From Methylorubrum extorquens (GTDB taxonomy: Bacteria; Pseudomonadota; Alphaproteobacteria; Rhizobiales; Beijerinckiaceae), in contig LT962688.1 of the NCBI GenBank assembly GCA_900234795.1, positions 3,810,001 to 3,842,000 on the forward strand: DNA of 32,000 nt. Direction: 5' to 3'. Both the position numbers and the translations under genes were made by a program. The notes beneath the pieces are model-generated. The model did not search any database and was not told where the DNA came from. It was given only the letters and a program-made list of their open reading frames with translations. This document shows positions 1 to 8,829 of this stretch, one piece after another; the stretch's first letter is position 1, and each line of letters begins with the position of its first letter.

Positions 1-2361
1 GCCCTGATCCTGTCGGGCACCGACGAGACCGAGATCGTGCTCGATGCCGACGCCACCCGCGTCGTGCGCTTCCATCCCGGCCGCGCCGCGACCACGGCCG
101 GCGAGGCGGCGCCCGCCGCCCGGCTGGAGCGTTCCAACACCGGCGGCCTCAACGAGATGGTCTGGGGTCCGGCCGAGCGCGCCGCCCCCGGTCCCGGCGA
201 GGTCGAGATCGCGGTGGCGGCCACCGGCCTCAACTTCCGCGACGTACTCTGGGCGCTCTCGATGCTCCCGGAGGAAATCCTGGAGGACGGCTTTGCCGGT
301 CCGCGCCTGGGCCTCGAAGTCTCCGGACAGGTGACCGCGATCGGCCAAGGCGTCGTGGACTTCGCCGTTGGCGATGCCGTCGTCGCCTTCGCCCAGTCGG
401 GCTTTGCTACCCACGTCGTCGTGCCGGAAATGGTTGTCGCGCCGATGCCGGCGGGCCTCGATCCGGCCGCCGCCGCGACCGTGCCGGTCGCGTTCCTCAC
501 CGCCTACTACGCGCTTTGCACCTGCGCCCGCCTGCGCAAGGGCGAGTGGCTGCTGGTCCATGGCGGCGCGGGCGGTGTCGGTTTGGCCGCGCTCCAGATC
601 GCCAAGTGGAAGGGCGCACGGGTCATCGCCACCGCCGGCTCACGGGAGAAGCGTGCGCTGGTGGCCGCGCTCGGCGCCGAGCATGTGCTCGATTCGCGCT
701 CGCTCGCCTTCGTGGACGATGTCCGCCGCATCACCGGCGACGGCGTCGACGTGGTGCTCAACTCGCTGTTCGGCGAGATGATGGAGCGCTCGCTCAACTG
801 CCTGCGGCCGTTCGGGCGCTTCGTCGAGCTGGGCAAGCGTGACTACGTCGCCAACACCCATATCGGACTGCGGCCGTTCCGCCGGAACCTATCGTATTTC
901 GGCGTCGATCTCGATCAGGTGCTTCAGCACCAGGGCGAGGACGGCGCGCGGATGTTCCGCGAGGTGATGGCTCTGTTCGCGGAAGGCGGCTTACGTCCCC
1001 TGCCCTACCAGCCGTTCGCCGCCGACGAGACCTCGGACGCCTTCCGGCTGATGCAGCAATCGGGGCATGTCGGTAAGATCGTCGTGACGCCGCCGGCGCC
1101 CGGTTCGGTCGCGCGGGTCCAGCGCAACGCCTTCACGGTGAGCGCCGAGGGCGTTCACCTCGTGACCGGCGGCCTCGGCGGCTTCGGTATCGAGGCGGCC
1201 CGCTGGCTCGCGGATCGGGGTGCCAAGCGCATCGTCCTCGTCGGCCGCTCCGGCAAGCCGAACGAGGAGGGCCGCGCGGTCGTCGCCGAACTCGCCGCGC
1301 AAGGCGTGCGGGTCGAGACCAAGGCCTGCAACATCACCAGCCGTCGGGCGGTCGAGGCGCTGATCGAGGGCATCGAGGCTCGGGGCGAAAAGCTCGCGGG
1401 CGTGATCCACGGCGCCATGGTGCTTCAGGACGGCTTGATCTCGGCGATCGAGCCGGAGACGCTCGAAGCGGTGATCGCGCCGAAGGTGATCGGCGCAGGC
1501 CATCTCGACGCCGCCACTCGCGGGCGAAAGCTCGACTACTTCGTGCTGTTCTCCTCGGCCACGACCTTCATCGGCAATCCCGGCCAGGGCTCCTATGTCG
1601 CCGCCAACGGCTTCATGGAAGGCGTCGCCCGCCAGCGCCGCCGCCTCGGCTTGCCCGCGCTCGCGGTCGCCTGGGGTGCCATCGGCGATGTCGGCGTGCT
1701 CGCCCGCAACAAGGCGGTGATGGAAACGCTGGCCTCCCGCGTCGGCGTGACGCCGATGGACGCCCGCCTCTGCCTCGACCTGATGGCCGAGGCATTGGAG
1801 ACCCAGGGCAAGACAAGCGACGAGGGCGTGATCGCCATTGCCGCCATGCACTGGGGCAAGGCGCGCGAACGCCTCGCGACCCTGCGCTCGCCGAGCTATG
1901 CCAGCCTCGGCGGCGACCAGCAGGCCGAGTCCGGCACGGTGGCGGCCATCAATATCGGCGCGCTGCTGCGGAGCCAGGATATCGACGCGGTCCGCAAGAC
2001 CGTCTCCGACGCCATCGTCGAGGACATTGCCCGCATTCTGCGCCTGCCGAAGGACGACATCAGCCGCGTGCGCCAGCTCTCCGAGATCGGCCTCGATTCG
2101 CTGATGGGCGTCGAGCTGGGGGCGAGCCTTCAGGAGCGCTTCGCCCTCGACGCGCCGCCCGCGGGCATCTCCTCGGGGCTGACCGTCAACGAGCTGACCG
2201 AAACCCTGATCCAGGCGGTGGCGACGCCGGTGGACGAGGCGGCGGGCGTGACCTTGAGTCTCGCCACGAAGCATGTCGGCGATCTCGATGCCGCCACGCT
2301 CATGCCGTTCAACGAACTCGTCGAGAAGAACGTTTCGGACATCAAAGAGATCTTGCCATGA
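1..2361 (+). CDS. Type I polyketide synthase, C-terminal portion (enoylreductase - ketoreductase - acyl carrier protein); 5' end lies outside the window
   Basis: Frame 1 is open from base 1; the GTG at 37 is only the ORF-caller start. The translation shows an MDR/quinone-oxidoreductase-like ER domain (LVHGGAGGVGLAALQIAKWKGARVIATAGS). It is followed by an SDR-type KR domain (VTGGLGGFGIEAARWLADRGAKRIVLVGRSG) and an ACP with phosphopantetheine motif IGLDSLMGVEL (Ser codon 2098-2100). Stop TGA is at 2359-2361. No TE or reductase release domain follows the ACP. Confidence 0.85.
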   Translation, partial: ALILSGTDETEIVLDADATRVVRFHPGRAATTAGEAAPAARLERSNTGGLNEMVWGPAERAAPGPGEVEIAVAATGLNFRDVLWALSMLPEEILEDGFAGPRLGLEVSGQVTAIGQGVVDFAVGDAVVAFAQSGFATHVVVPEMVVAPMPAGLDPAAAATVPVAFLTAYYALCTCARLRKGEWLLVHGGAGGVGLAALQIAKWKGARVIATAGSREKRALVAALGAEHVLDSRSLAFVDDVRRITGDGVDVVLNSLFGEMMERSLNCLRPFGRFVELGKRDYVANTHIGLRPFRRNLSYFGVDLDQVLQHQGEDGARMFREVMALFAEGGLRPLPYQPFAADETSDAFRLMQQSGHVGKIVVTPPAPGSVARVQRNAFTVSAEGVHLVTGGLGGFGIEAARWLADRGAKRIVLVGRSGKPNEEGRAVVAELAAQGVRVETKACNITSRRAVEALIEGIEARGEKLAGVIHGAMVLQDGLISAIEPETLEAVIAPKVIGAGHLDAATRGRKLDYFVLFSSATTFIGNPGQGSYVAANGFMEGVARQRRRLGLPALAVAWGAIGDVGVLARNKAVMETLASRVGVTPMDARLCLDLMAEALETQGKTSDEGVIAIAAMHWGKARERLATLRSPSYASLGGDQQAESGTVAAINIGALLRSQDIDAVRKTVSDAIVEDIARILRLPKDDISRVRQLSEIGLDSLMGVELGASLQERFALDAPPAGISSGLTVNELTETLIQAVATPVDEAAGVTLSLATKHVGDLDAATLMPFNELVEKNVSDIKEILP

Positions 2362-3731
2362 CCCAGCCGTCACGCCCGCAGGACGGCCGGGCCGCGCTCG
2401 CGAGCTTCGTCACCAACCGGCTGGGCCGCACCAACGCGCGGCCCTCCCCCGCTCTCGCCGAGACCAAGGCGCCGGCCAACGATTCGCCGCAGGATTTCGA
2501 GAAGCTGACCGGCTACCGGGAGCTGCGCCTGCAGCGTTCGGCCGCCGACCTGATCGGCCTCGGCAACCCGTTCTTCCGGGTGCACGAGACCCGCGCGGGC
2601 GCCAACACCCGCATCGAGGGCCAAGCCTTCTCGAACTACTCGTCCTACGACTATCTCGGCCTCAACGGTCACCCGGCGGTGAGCGGTGCGGCGCGCAAGG
2701 CGATCGAGGCCTTCGGCACCTCGGCTTCCGCAAGCCGGATCGTGGCGGGCGAGCGGCCCGGCCATCTCAAGCTGGAGCGGGCGCTGGCCGCCCATTACGG
2801 CACGGAAGCCTGCGTGGTCCTGGTCAGTGGGCACGCCACCAACGTGACCGCCATCGGCGCGATCCTGGAAGCGCCGGATGTGATCTTCCACGACGCGCTG
2901 ATCCACAACAGCGTGGTGACCGGCGCCCAGCTCTCCGGCGCCCAGCGCCGCTCCTTCGCCCATAACGACCCGGCCTCGCTCGAGAAGCTGCTCGAGGCGA
3001 CGCGTCACGAGCACCGCCGTGCGCTGATCGTGATCGAGGGCCTCTACAGCATGGACGGCGACGCGCCGGATCTGGCCGCCTTCGTCGAGCTGAAGCGCCG
3101 CTACGATTGCTGGCTGATGGTGGACGACGCCCACGGGCTCGGCGTTCTCGGCCGCACCGGCGCGGGGCTGCACGAGCATTGCGGGGTCGATGCCGGCGAC
3201 GTCGATATCTGGATGGGCACGCTGTCGAAGACGCTGTCCTCCTGCGGCGGCTACATCTGCGGTCCTTCGGTGCTGGTCGAGTACCTGAAATGCACCGCGG
3301 GCGGCTTCGTCTACAGCGTCGGCATGTCGCCCCCGCTGGCGGCTGCGGCTGAGGCCGCGCTCTCGGTGATGCAGGCCGAGCCCGAGCGGGTGGAGCGCCT
3401 GCGCCGTAACGGGAACCAGTTCCTGGCACTGGCCAAGAAGCACGGCCTCAACACCGGCACGAGCCTCGGACTCGCGGTGATCCCGGTCATCATCGGCGAT
3501 TCGCTCAAAGCCGTGACCCTGTCCGACCGGCTGTTCAAGCGCGGCATCAACGTGCAGCCGATCATCCATCCGGCGGTGCCGGAGCGCTCCTCCCGCCTAC
3601 GCTTCTTCATGACCTCCGAGCACACCCCGGAGCAGATCGCGCAGACGGTCGCGACGATGGTGGAAGAGCTGGCCGCGCTCGAAACCGGCGCCACGCTGAT
3701 CGAGCAGTTGATGGCACGCCGGGGGGCGTAA
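2358..3731 (+). CDS. Alpha-oxoamine synthase family PLP enzyme (8-amino-7-oxononanoate synthase / KBL / serine palmitoyltransferase-like)
   Basis: ATG 2358 overlaps the PKS stop (ATGA). Family hallmarks are present: SNYSSYDYLGL, MVDDAHGLGVLG, and the PLP-lysine motif GTLSKTL (Lys codon 3228-3230). 457 aa. Confidence 0.85.
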   Translation: MTQPSRPQDGRAALASFVTNRLGRTNARPSPALAETKAPANDSPQDFEKLTGYRELRLQRSAADLIGLGNPFFRVHETRAGANTRIEGQAFSNYSSYDYLGLNGHPAVSGAARKAIEAFGTSASASRIVAGERPGHLKLERALAAHYGTEACVVLVSGHATNVTAIGAILEAPDVIFHDALIHNSVVTGAQLSGAQRRSFAHNDPASLEKLLEATRHEHRRALIVIEGLYSMDGDAPDLAAFVELKRRYDCWLMVDDAHGLGVLGRTGAGLHEHCGVDAGDVDIWMGTLSKTLSSCGGYICGPSVLVEYLKCTAGGFVYSVGMSPPLAAAAEAALSVMQAEPERVERLRRNGNQFLALAKKHGLNTGTSLGLAVIPVIIGDSLKAVTLSDRLFKRGINVQPIIHPAVPERSSRLRFFMTSEHTPEQIAQTVATMVEELAALETGATLIEQLMARRGA

Positions 3732-3753
3732 GCCTCCCGCATATCGCATCCAT

Positions 3754-3802
3754 CCTCTCATCCCGAGGTGCCGGCGCGGAGCGGTGGCACCTCAGGATGA
3801 GG
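3754..3802. repeat. Short palindromic REP-like hairpin between convergent genes (same arm sequence as the element at 16749-16853)
   Basis: Arms cctctcatcccgaggtgcc (3754-3772) and ggcacctcaggatgagg (3786-3802) are reverse complements with one mismatch. The arm core ctcatccYgaggtgcc / ggcacctcaggRtgagg recurs at 16749-16853. Confidence 0.6.
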
Positions 3803-3826
3803 TTGCGATCGGGATCGCTCTCAGGA

Positions 3827-4495
3827 TCAGCGCCGGGCCAGCCAGATCACATGCCGGGCCCCGCGCTTGCCCCGCGCCCGGGTGCCGACCTCCTCAACTG
3901 AAAACCCCGCCTGCCCGAGCCGCCGGCTGAAGGCGGCATCGGGATGCGCCGACCAGACCGCCAGCACCCCGCGGGGGCGGAGCGCCGCGCGCGCGGCACC
4001 GAGGCCGGCGGCGTCGTAGAGGCGGTCGTTGGCGCTGCGGGTGAGGCCATCGGGGCCGTTGTCTACATCGAGCAGGATCGCATCCCAGGCGCCCGGATGC
4101 TCGCGGATCACCGCGGCGACGTCGGCCTCACGGATTGAAACCCGCGGGTCATCCAGGCAGCCGCCGGTCAGTTCCGCCATCGGCCCGCGCGCCCAGGCGA
4201 GCACCGCCGGGACGATCTCGGCCACGCTCACCTGCGCCGTGCCCGGCAGAAGGCTCAGGGCGGCGCGCAGGGTGAAGCCCATGCCGTAGCCGCCGATCAG
4301 CACGCGCGGCGTCTTCACCCCCGCGATCCGCTCGGCCGAGAGCCGTGCCAGGGCCTCCTCGGAGCCGCTGAGGCGACTGTTCATGAGTTCGTTGCGGTCG
4401 AGCTGGATCGAGAACTCGCTGCCCCGGCGCATCAGGCGCAAGCTGCCCGCCTCACCGGGGATCGCGGCGGTGTCGAGGTGCTCCCAGGGAATCAA
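3827..4495 (-). CDS. Spermidine-synthase-like / class I SAM-fold transferase family protein (start uncertain)
   Basis: The ORF is open 3827-4624 (TTG at 4624), but its first ~20 codons are occupied by the shc terminator hairpin (4565-4596). The real start is therefore probably internal; candidates are GTG 4564, TTG 4495 and ATG 4432. Motifs: VLIGGYGMGFTLRAAL (nucleotide-binding glycine loop) and ILLDVDNGPD, typical of spermine/spermidine-synthase-like proteins. Confidence 0.6.
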   Translation of the reverse strand: MIPWEHLDTAAIPGEAGSLRLMRRGSEFSIQLDRNELMNSRLSGSEEALARLSAERIAGVKTPRVLIGGYGMGFTLRAALSLLPGTAQVSVAEIVPAVLAWARGPMAELTGGCLDDPRVSIREADVAAVIREHPGAWDAILLDVDNGPDGLTRSANDRLYDAAGLGAARAALRPRGVLAVWSAHPDAAFSRRLGQAGFSVEEVGTRARGKRGARHVIWLARR

Positions 4496-4564
4496 TGGCA
4501 GTCTCGCGGGCTCGTATGAGGAAAAGTGCGCGAGACCGGTCTCGTTCGAACGGCCCCCCGGCAC

Positions 4565-4596
4565 AAACGAAAACGGCGCGGGATGCCCCCGCGCCG
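4565..4596 (-). terminator. Rho-independent terminator downstream of shc
   Basis: On the minus strand: 9-bp GC stem cggcgcggg / cccgcgccg (plus-strand 4574-4582 and 4588-4596), a 5-nt loop, then ttttcgttt (plus-strand a-run 4565-4573). It begins 33 nt after the shc stop codon. Confidence 0.65.
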
Positions 4597-4628
4597 CCTC
4601 TCTCCATTGGGACGACCGCCCCAAAAAA

Positions 4629-6632
4629 TCACATGCCGAACTGCACCTGCCGGCTGTTGCCCCGCTTCAGGTTGCGGAAGCGGGCCATCGCCCAGAGCGG
4701 GAAGAACTTCGGGTAGCCGTGGTAGCGCAGGTAGAACACCCGCGGGAAGCCGGTCGCGGTGTAGCGCTCCTCGCTCCACAGCCCGTCCTGCCCCTGCGTG
4801 CGCACGAGGTAGTTGACGCCGCGGGCGACCGCCGGATCGTCGACTTCGCCCGCCGCCATCAGCGCGAGCAGGGCCCAGGCCGTCTGCGAGGCGGTTGAGT
4901 AGCCCGGCTCGAATTCGGGGTTGAGCTTGTAGGAAGAGGCATCCTCGCCCCAGCCGCCATCCGGGTTCTGGATGCGGATGAGCCACGCCACCGCCTTGCG
5001 GATCTCAGGCGATTGCGGATCGACCCCGGCGGCGTTGAGCGCGCACAGCACCGACCACGTGCCGTAGATGAAGTTCATGCCCCAGCGGCCGTACCAGCTC
5101 CCGTCCTTCTCCTGGTCGTTGAGCAGGTAGGTCACGCCGCGGTCGAGCGCCCGGCTGGTCGCGCGGGTCTCGCCGAGCTGCGACAGCATCGAGACGACGC
5201 GGGCGGTCACGTCCGCGGTCGGCGGATCGAGCAGCGCGCCGTGATCCGAGAACGGGATGTGGTTGAGATAGTGGTGGTTGTTGTCGGCATCGAACGCCGC
5301 CCAGCCGCCATCGGCGCTCTGAAGCCCCTCGACCCATTCGCGGGCACGGGCGATCGACTCCGAATAGTCCGGCATGCCGCTGACCAGCCCGTGCTGACGC
5401 TGGGCACGATCCATCGCCATCACGACGACGGCGGTGTCGTCGAGGTCGGGATAGTGCGGGTTGGCGTACTGGAACGCCCAGCCGCCGGGGCGCACGTTGG
5501 GCTTGGTCTCGGCCCAGTCGCCCTTGATGTCGAGGATCTGGAGCGGCTTGAGCCAATCGAGGCCGGCGCGGGCATTGGCCTCCGCCTGGTGGCCGCCGGC
5601 TTCGAGCATGGCGTGGCTGTTCAGCGCCGTATCCCAGACCGGGGACAGGCAGGGCTGGACATAGGCCTCGTCCTCCTTCTCGGCGACGAGCTTCTCGATG
5701 GCTTCCAGCGCGATCTTCACCTGCGGGTGCTCGGGCGGATAGCCCAGCACCTCGTACATCAGCACCGAGTTGACCATGGCCGGGAAGATGGCGCCGAGAC
5801 CGTCCTCGCCGTTCAGCCGCTCGGAGACCCAGGCGACCGCCTTGTCGATGGCGCGCTGGCGCGGCACCTTCGGGAAATGGTCCTGCGTCTTCTGCAGCAC
5901 GCGGTCGATGCCGCCGAAGATCGGCGTCCACGGCCAGGTGGCGTGGGGTGAGCCCGGCCAGGTCCGCACCGAATCGGGCGGCGTCACGAACAATTCGGCC
6001 ACGCCGACGCCGCGCGGGTTCTTCGCCCGCGGCTTCTTGGCCTGGATCACGAACAGCGGCACCATGGTGCAGCGGGCCCAGTACGACACCTTATCGAGGT
6101 GGAACGGGAACCACTTCGGCAGGTGCATCACCTCCACCGGCATCACCGGCACCGCCGCCCACGGCACTTCGCCGTAGAGCGCGAGCAGGATGCGGGTGAA
6201 GACGTTGGCGTTGGCCGCGCCCCCGCGCTGGAGGATCGCCTTGCGCACGGCGCGCATGTGCGGCGCCTCGATGTCGTCGCCGATCATCTTGAGGGCGAAG
6301 TAGGCCTTCACCGACGCGCTCATGTCGAACGGGCCGTCATGCACCAGCGCCCAGCCGCCATGCACCTTCGACTGGGTGCGGCGCAGGTAGTTGCCGATCT
6401 TGGCCTCGAGGCCCGGCCGCGGCTCGGTTCCACGGAACTGGTGGAACAGGATGTACTCGGAGGGGATGGTCGCATCCGCCTCGAGCTCGAAGCAGATGTG
6501 GCCATCCGCCTGCGTCATCTCGGTGAGGGCGCGGGTGGCGCTCTGGACGCCACGCTCCACGTCGTCGAGGGACACGTCGCGGGTCTTGGGACGCTGCAGC
6601 GTCTCGACCTTGCTTACGGCCGCCTCACGCAT
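4629..6632 (-). CDS. shc: Squalene-hopene cyclase
   Basis: The translation carries repeated QW motifs and the DDTA catalytic motif (YPDLDDTAVVVMAM). It has the typical C-terminus ...TGFPRVFYLRYHGYPKFFPLWAMARFRN. The ORF is open to 6797. ATG 6632 (MREAAVSK) has a GAGG 8 nt upstream; the alternative ATG 6671 lies 5 nt after the hpnE stop. Confidence 0.95.
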   Translation of the reverse strand: MREAAVSKVETLQRPKTRDVSLDDVERGVQSATRALTEMTQADGHICFELEADATIPSEYILFHQFRGTEPRPGLEAKIGNYLRRTQSKVHGGWALVHDGPFDMSASVKAYFALKMIGDDIEAPHMRAVRKAILQRGGAANANVFTRILLALYGEVPWAAVPVMPVEVMHLPKWFPFHLDKVSYWARCTMVPLFVIQAKKPRAKNPRGVGVAELFVTPPDSVRTWPGSPHATWPWTPIFGGIDRVLQKTQDHFPKVPRQRAIDKAVAWVSERLNGEDGLGAIFPAMVNSVLMYEVLGYPPEHPQVKIALEAIEKLVAEKEDEAYVQPCLSPVWDTALNSHAMLEAGGHQAEANARAGLDWLKPLQILDIKGDWAETKPNVRPGGWAFQYANPHYPDLDDTAVVVMAMDRAQRQHGLVSGMPDYSESIARAREWVEGLQSADGGWAAFDADNNHHYLNHIPFSDHGALLDPPTADVTARVVSMLSQLGETRATSRALDRGVTYLLNDQEKDGSWYGRWGMNFIYGTWSVLCALNAAGVDPQSPEIRKAVAWLIRIQNPDGGWGEDASSYKLNPEFEPGYSTASQTAWALLALMAAGEVDDPAVARGVNYLVRTQGQDGLWSEERYTATGFPRVFYLRYHGYPKFFPLWAMARFRNLKRGNSRQVQFGM

Positions 6633-6676
6633 CGTTCTCGCCTCGTTCGACTGTCTCGATGCCGTCGTCATATCCT

Positions 6677-7978
6677 TCAAGCGACTCCCTGTGCCTGTGC
6701 CCGTCCGCACATCCCGGTGCGGAACAGGGCTTGCGCGGCGTTTGTGCCGGATCGGATCGCGCCCTCGATGGTCGAGGGCAGCCCCGTCTCCGTCCAATCA
6801 CCGGCGAGAACCAGATTTCTGTAGCGCGTCGCCGCGCCGGGGCGGCGCGCGGCTTCCGCGGGCGTGGCCGCGAACGTCGCACGCTTTTCCTTGACGATCT
6901 GCCAGTTGGGCAAATCTCGTGCAAGACCGTTGAGATCTGCGATCTCGGTCCAGATGCGGCGCGCGAGATCCTCGCGGCCCTCCTCCAGCAGCCGGTCGGC
7001 GCCGCTGATGGTGACGGAGAAGCGGTCCGGATAGGCGAACAGCCACTCGGTCAGACCGCCGACGACGCCGAGCATCAGCGGAGCGCCCTCGGGCGGGCGC
7101 ACGGCGAAATGCGCGTTGACGATGGAGCGGAATTCCTGCGGCGCCGGCGTGCCGGGCAGGAGTTCGCTCGCCACCCAGGGCGGCAAGGCCATGACCACCG
7201 CGTCGTCGGGACCGATCACCGTCGGCTCGTCGGTGAAGTCCAGGCGCTCGATGCGGCCCTGGCCGAGCGTCAGCGCCCGCAGCCTCCGGCCGTAGCGGAT
7301 CTCGGCACCGCGGCTCTGGAGGTAGCGCAGGGCCGGATCGACGAAGGCGGTGGACAGGCCCTCGACGGCGATGAGCGGCCGACAGGCACGCCCGCCCCCT
7401 CCGAAGGTCTCGCGCAGGATGGTGGCGGCGAGCCCGACATCGCTCTCGCGCGGCTCGGTGTTGAGCGCAGCGAGCAGCACCGGGTGCCAGAGTCGCTCGT
7501 AGAGCGGCCCCTCGCAGGACATCTTCTCGCCGATCGTGCCGCTCTGGCCCGGCTTGTTGCCGGAGGCGGCCATCAGCAGAGAGACCGGCGCGAGGTAGTC
7601 GCGCGCGCGGGTACCCGGCACGCGCCGGCCGGCCCGCAGCACCCACCACGGCAGGCGGCCCTCGTTCGGGCGCAGGGTCCAGCGCTCGCCGGTGCGAATG
7701 TCGGCGAAGTCATAGACCGCCTCGTCCGGCCCGGTCAGGGCGTTGGCCGGCGCGCCGATGAGGCGCATGAAGTCGAGGGACGAGCGGTTGCCCGACAGGA
7801 GCAGGTGGTTGCCGTTGTCGATGGTCAGCCCGAGCGAGGGGTCGTAGTAGGAGCGACAGCGCCCACCCGCCTGCTTGGCGGCTTCGTGCAGCACCACGCG
7901 GCTGCCGGCCTCCGCCAGCGAGGCCGCCGCCGAGAGGCCGGCGAGCCCGGCGCCGACAACGTGAACCGTACCCGTCAT
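6677..7978 (-). CDS. hpnE: Hydroxysqualene dehydroxylase (squalene-associated FAD-dependent desaturase)
   Basis: ATG 7978 gives MTGTVHVVGAGLAGLSAAASLAEAGSRVVLHEA, a Rossmann FAD-binding GxGxxG motif. The protein is amine-oxidase/phytoene-desaturase-like throughout. It sits between hpnD and shc, and its start overlaps the hpnD stop (ATGA). The ORF-track start at 8443 is an upstream extension into hpnD. Confidence 0.9.
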   Translation of the reverse strand: MTGTVHVVGAGLAGLSAAASLAEAGSRVVLHEAAKQAGGRCRSYYDPSLGLTIDNGNHLLLSGNRSSLDFMRLIGAPANALTGPDEAVYDFADIRTGERWTLRPNEGRLPWWVLRAGRRVPGTRARDYLAPVSLLMAASGNKPGQSGTIGEKMSCEGPLYERLWHPVLLAALNTEPRESDVGLAATILRETFGGGGRACRPLIAVEGLSTAFVDPALRYLQSRGAEIRYGRRLRALTLGQGRIERLDFTDEPTVIGPDDAVVMALPPWVASELLPGTPAPQEFRSIVNAHFAVRPPEGAPLMLGVVGGLTEWLFAYPDRFSVTISGADRLLEEGREDLARRIWTEIADLNGLARDLPNWQIVKEKRATFAATPAEAARRPGAATRYRNLVLAGDWTETGLPSTIEGAIRSGTNAAQALFRTGMCGRAQAQGVA

Positions 7979-8829
7979 CACAGAATCCCGTGGCGCAAAG
8001 CGACGAGGAGAAGGGGGAATTTGCCCGGCTTCACCCGCGCCCGCGGGGCCGCCCAGCCGCGCTTGACCACGGCGTCGAGGTAGAGCCGGTAGGCCGCCGC
8101 CATCAGGCGGGCCGCCTTGGTGGCGCGACGCGGGCTGCGCTCGATGATCGCCCAGGTCTGGCGGTAGTGCTCTTCCGCTTCCGCGGCGACCGCCGCGCAG
8201 ACCTCGCCAAGGCGCGGATGCGCCAGCGCGCTCTGCGGGGTCGGGTTCATCAGCCCGATCTTGTGGAATTTCTCCATCGGCAGGTAGAGGCGCCCGCGCT
8301 CCGCATCCTCGTCGATGTCGCGCAGGATGTTGGTGAGCTGCAGCGCCCGGCCCTGGTGCCACGCGAGGCGGATTCCGTCCGCCTCCGGCATGCCGAAGAT
8401 GCGCACCGAGAGCCGCCCGACGGCGCTCGCGACCCGGTCGCAATAGAGGTCGAGCTTGGCTTCCGACGGGGCGACGATGTCCTCCTCCGCGTCCATCGCC
8501 ATGCCGTCGATCACGGCCTGGAAGTCCTCGCGCTTGAGGTCGAAGCGGCGCATCGACTCTTCGAGCGGCTTCACCCGCGCGGGGGGATGGCCGGCATAGA
8601 GCGCGTCGATATCGGCGCGCCAGCGGTCGAGTTCGGCCGCGCGGACCTCGCGCGGGCCGCCGTCATCGGCGACATCGTCCACGACCCGGCAGAAGGCGTA
8701 GACGGCATACATCGCCTCGCGCCGCTCCTTCGGCAGCAGGCGCATCGCCGTGTAGAAGGACGAGCCGGCGGCCGGCAGGGCAGACGCTTCCGGGGTCTCG
8801 CCCGGCATCGGGGTGGCGGTGGCGCTCAT
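7978..8829 (-). CDS. hpnD: Presqualene diphosphate synthase (squalene/phytoene synthase family)
   Basis: ATG 8829 gives MSATATPMPGETPEASALPAAGSSFYTAMRLLPKERREAMYAVYAFCRVVDDVADD, with the Asp-rich motif of the SQS/PSY family. 283 aa. It is the second SQS-like gene in the conserved hpnC-hpnD-hpnE-shc order. ATGA overlaps occur at both ends. Confidence 0.9.
   Translation of the reverse strand: MSATATPMPGETPEASALPAAGSSFYTAMRLLPKERREAMYAVYAFCRVVDDVADDGGPREVRAAELDRWRADIDALYAGHPPARVKPLEESMRRFDLKREDFQAVIDGMAMDAEEDIVAPSEAKLDLYCDRVASAVGRLSVRIFGMPEADGIRLAWHQGRALQLTNILRDIDEDAERGRLYLPMEKFHKIGLMNPTPQSALAHPRLGEVCAAVAAEAEEHYRQTWAIIERSPRRATKAARLMAAAYRLYLDAVVKRGWAAPRARVKPGKFPLLLVALRHGIL

Noticed and set aside
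991-3569. 460-aa (991-2373) and 399-aa (2370-3569) minus-strand ORFs
   Set aside because: They are antisense to the PKS and alpha-oxoamine synthase genes. They are compositional artefacts with no motifs.
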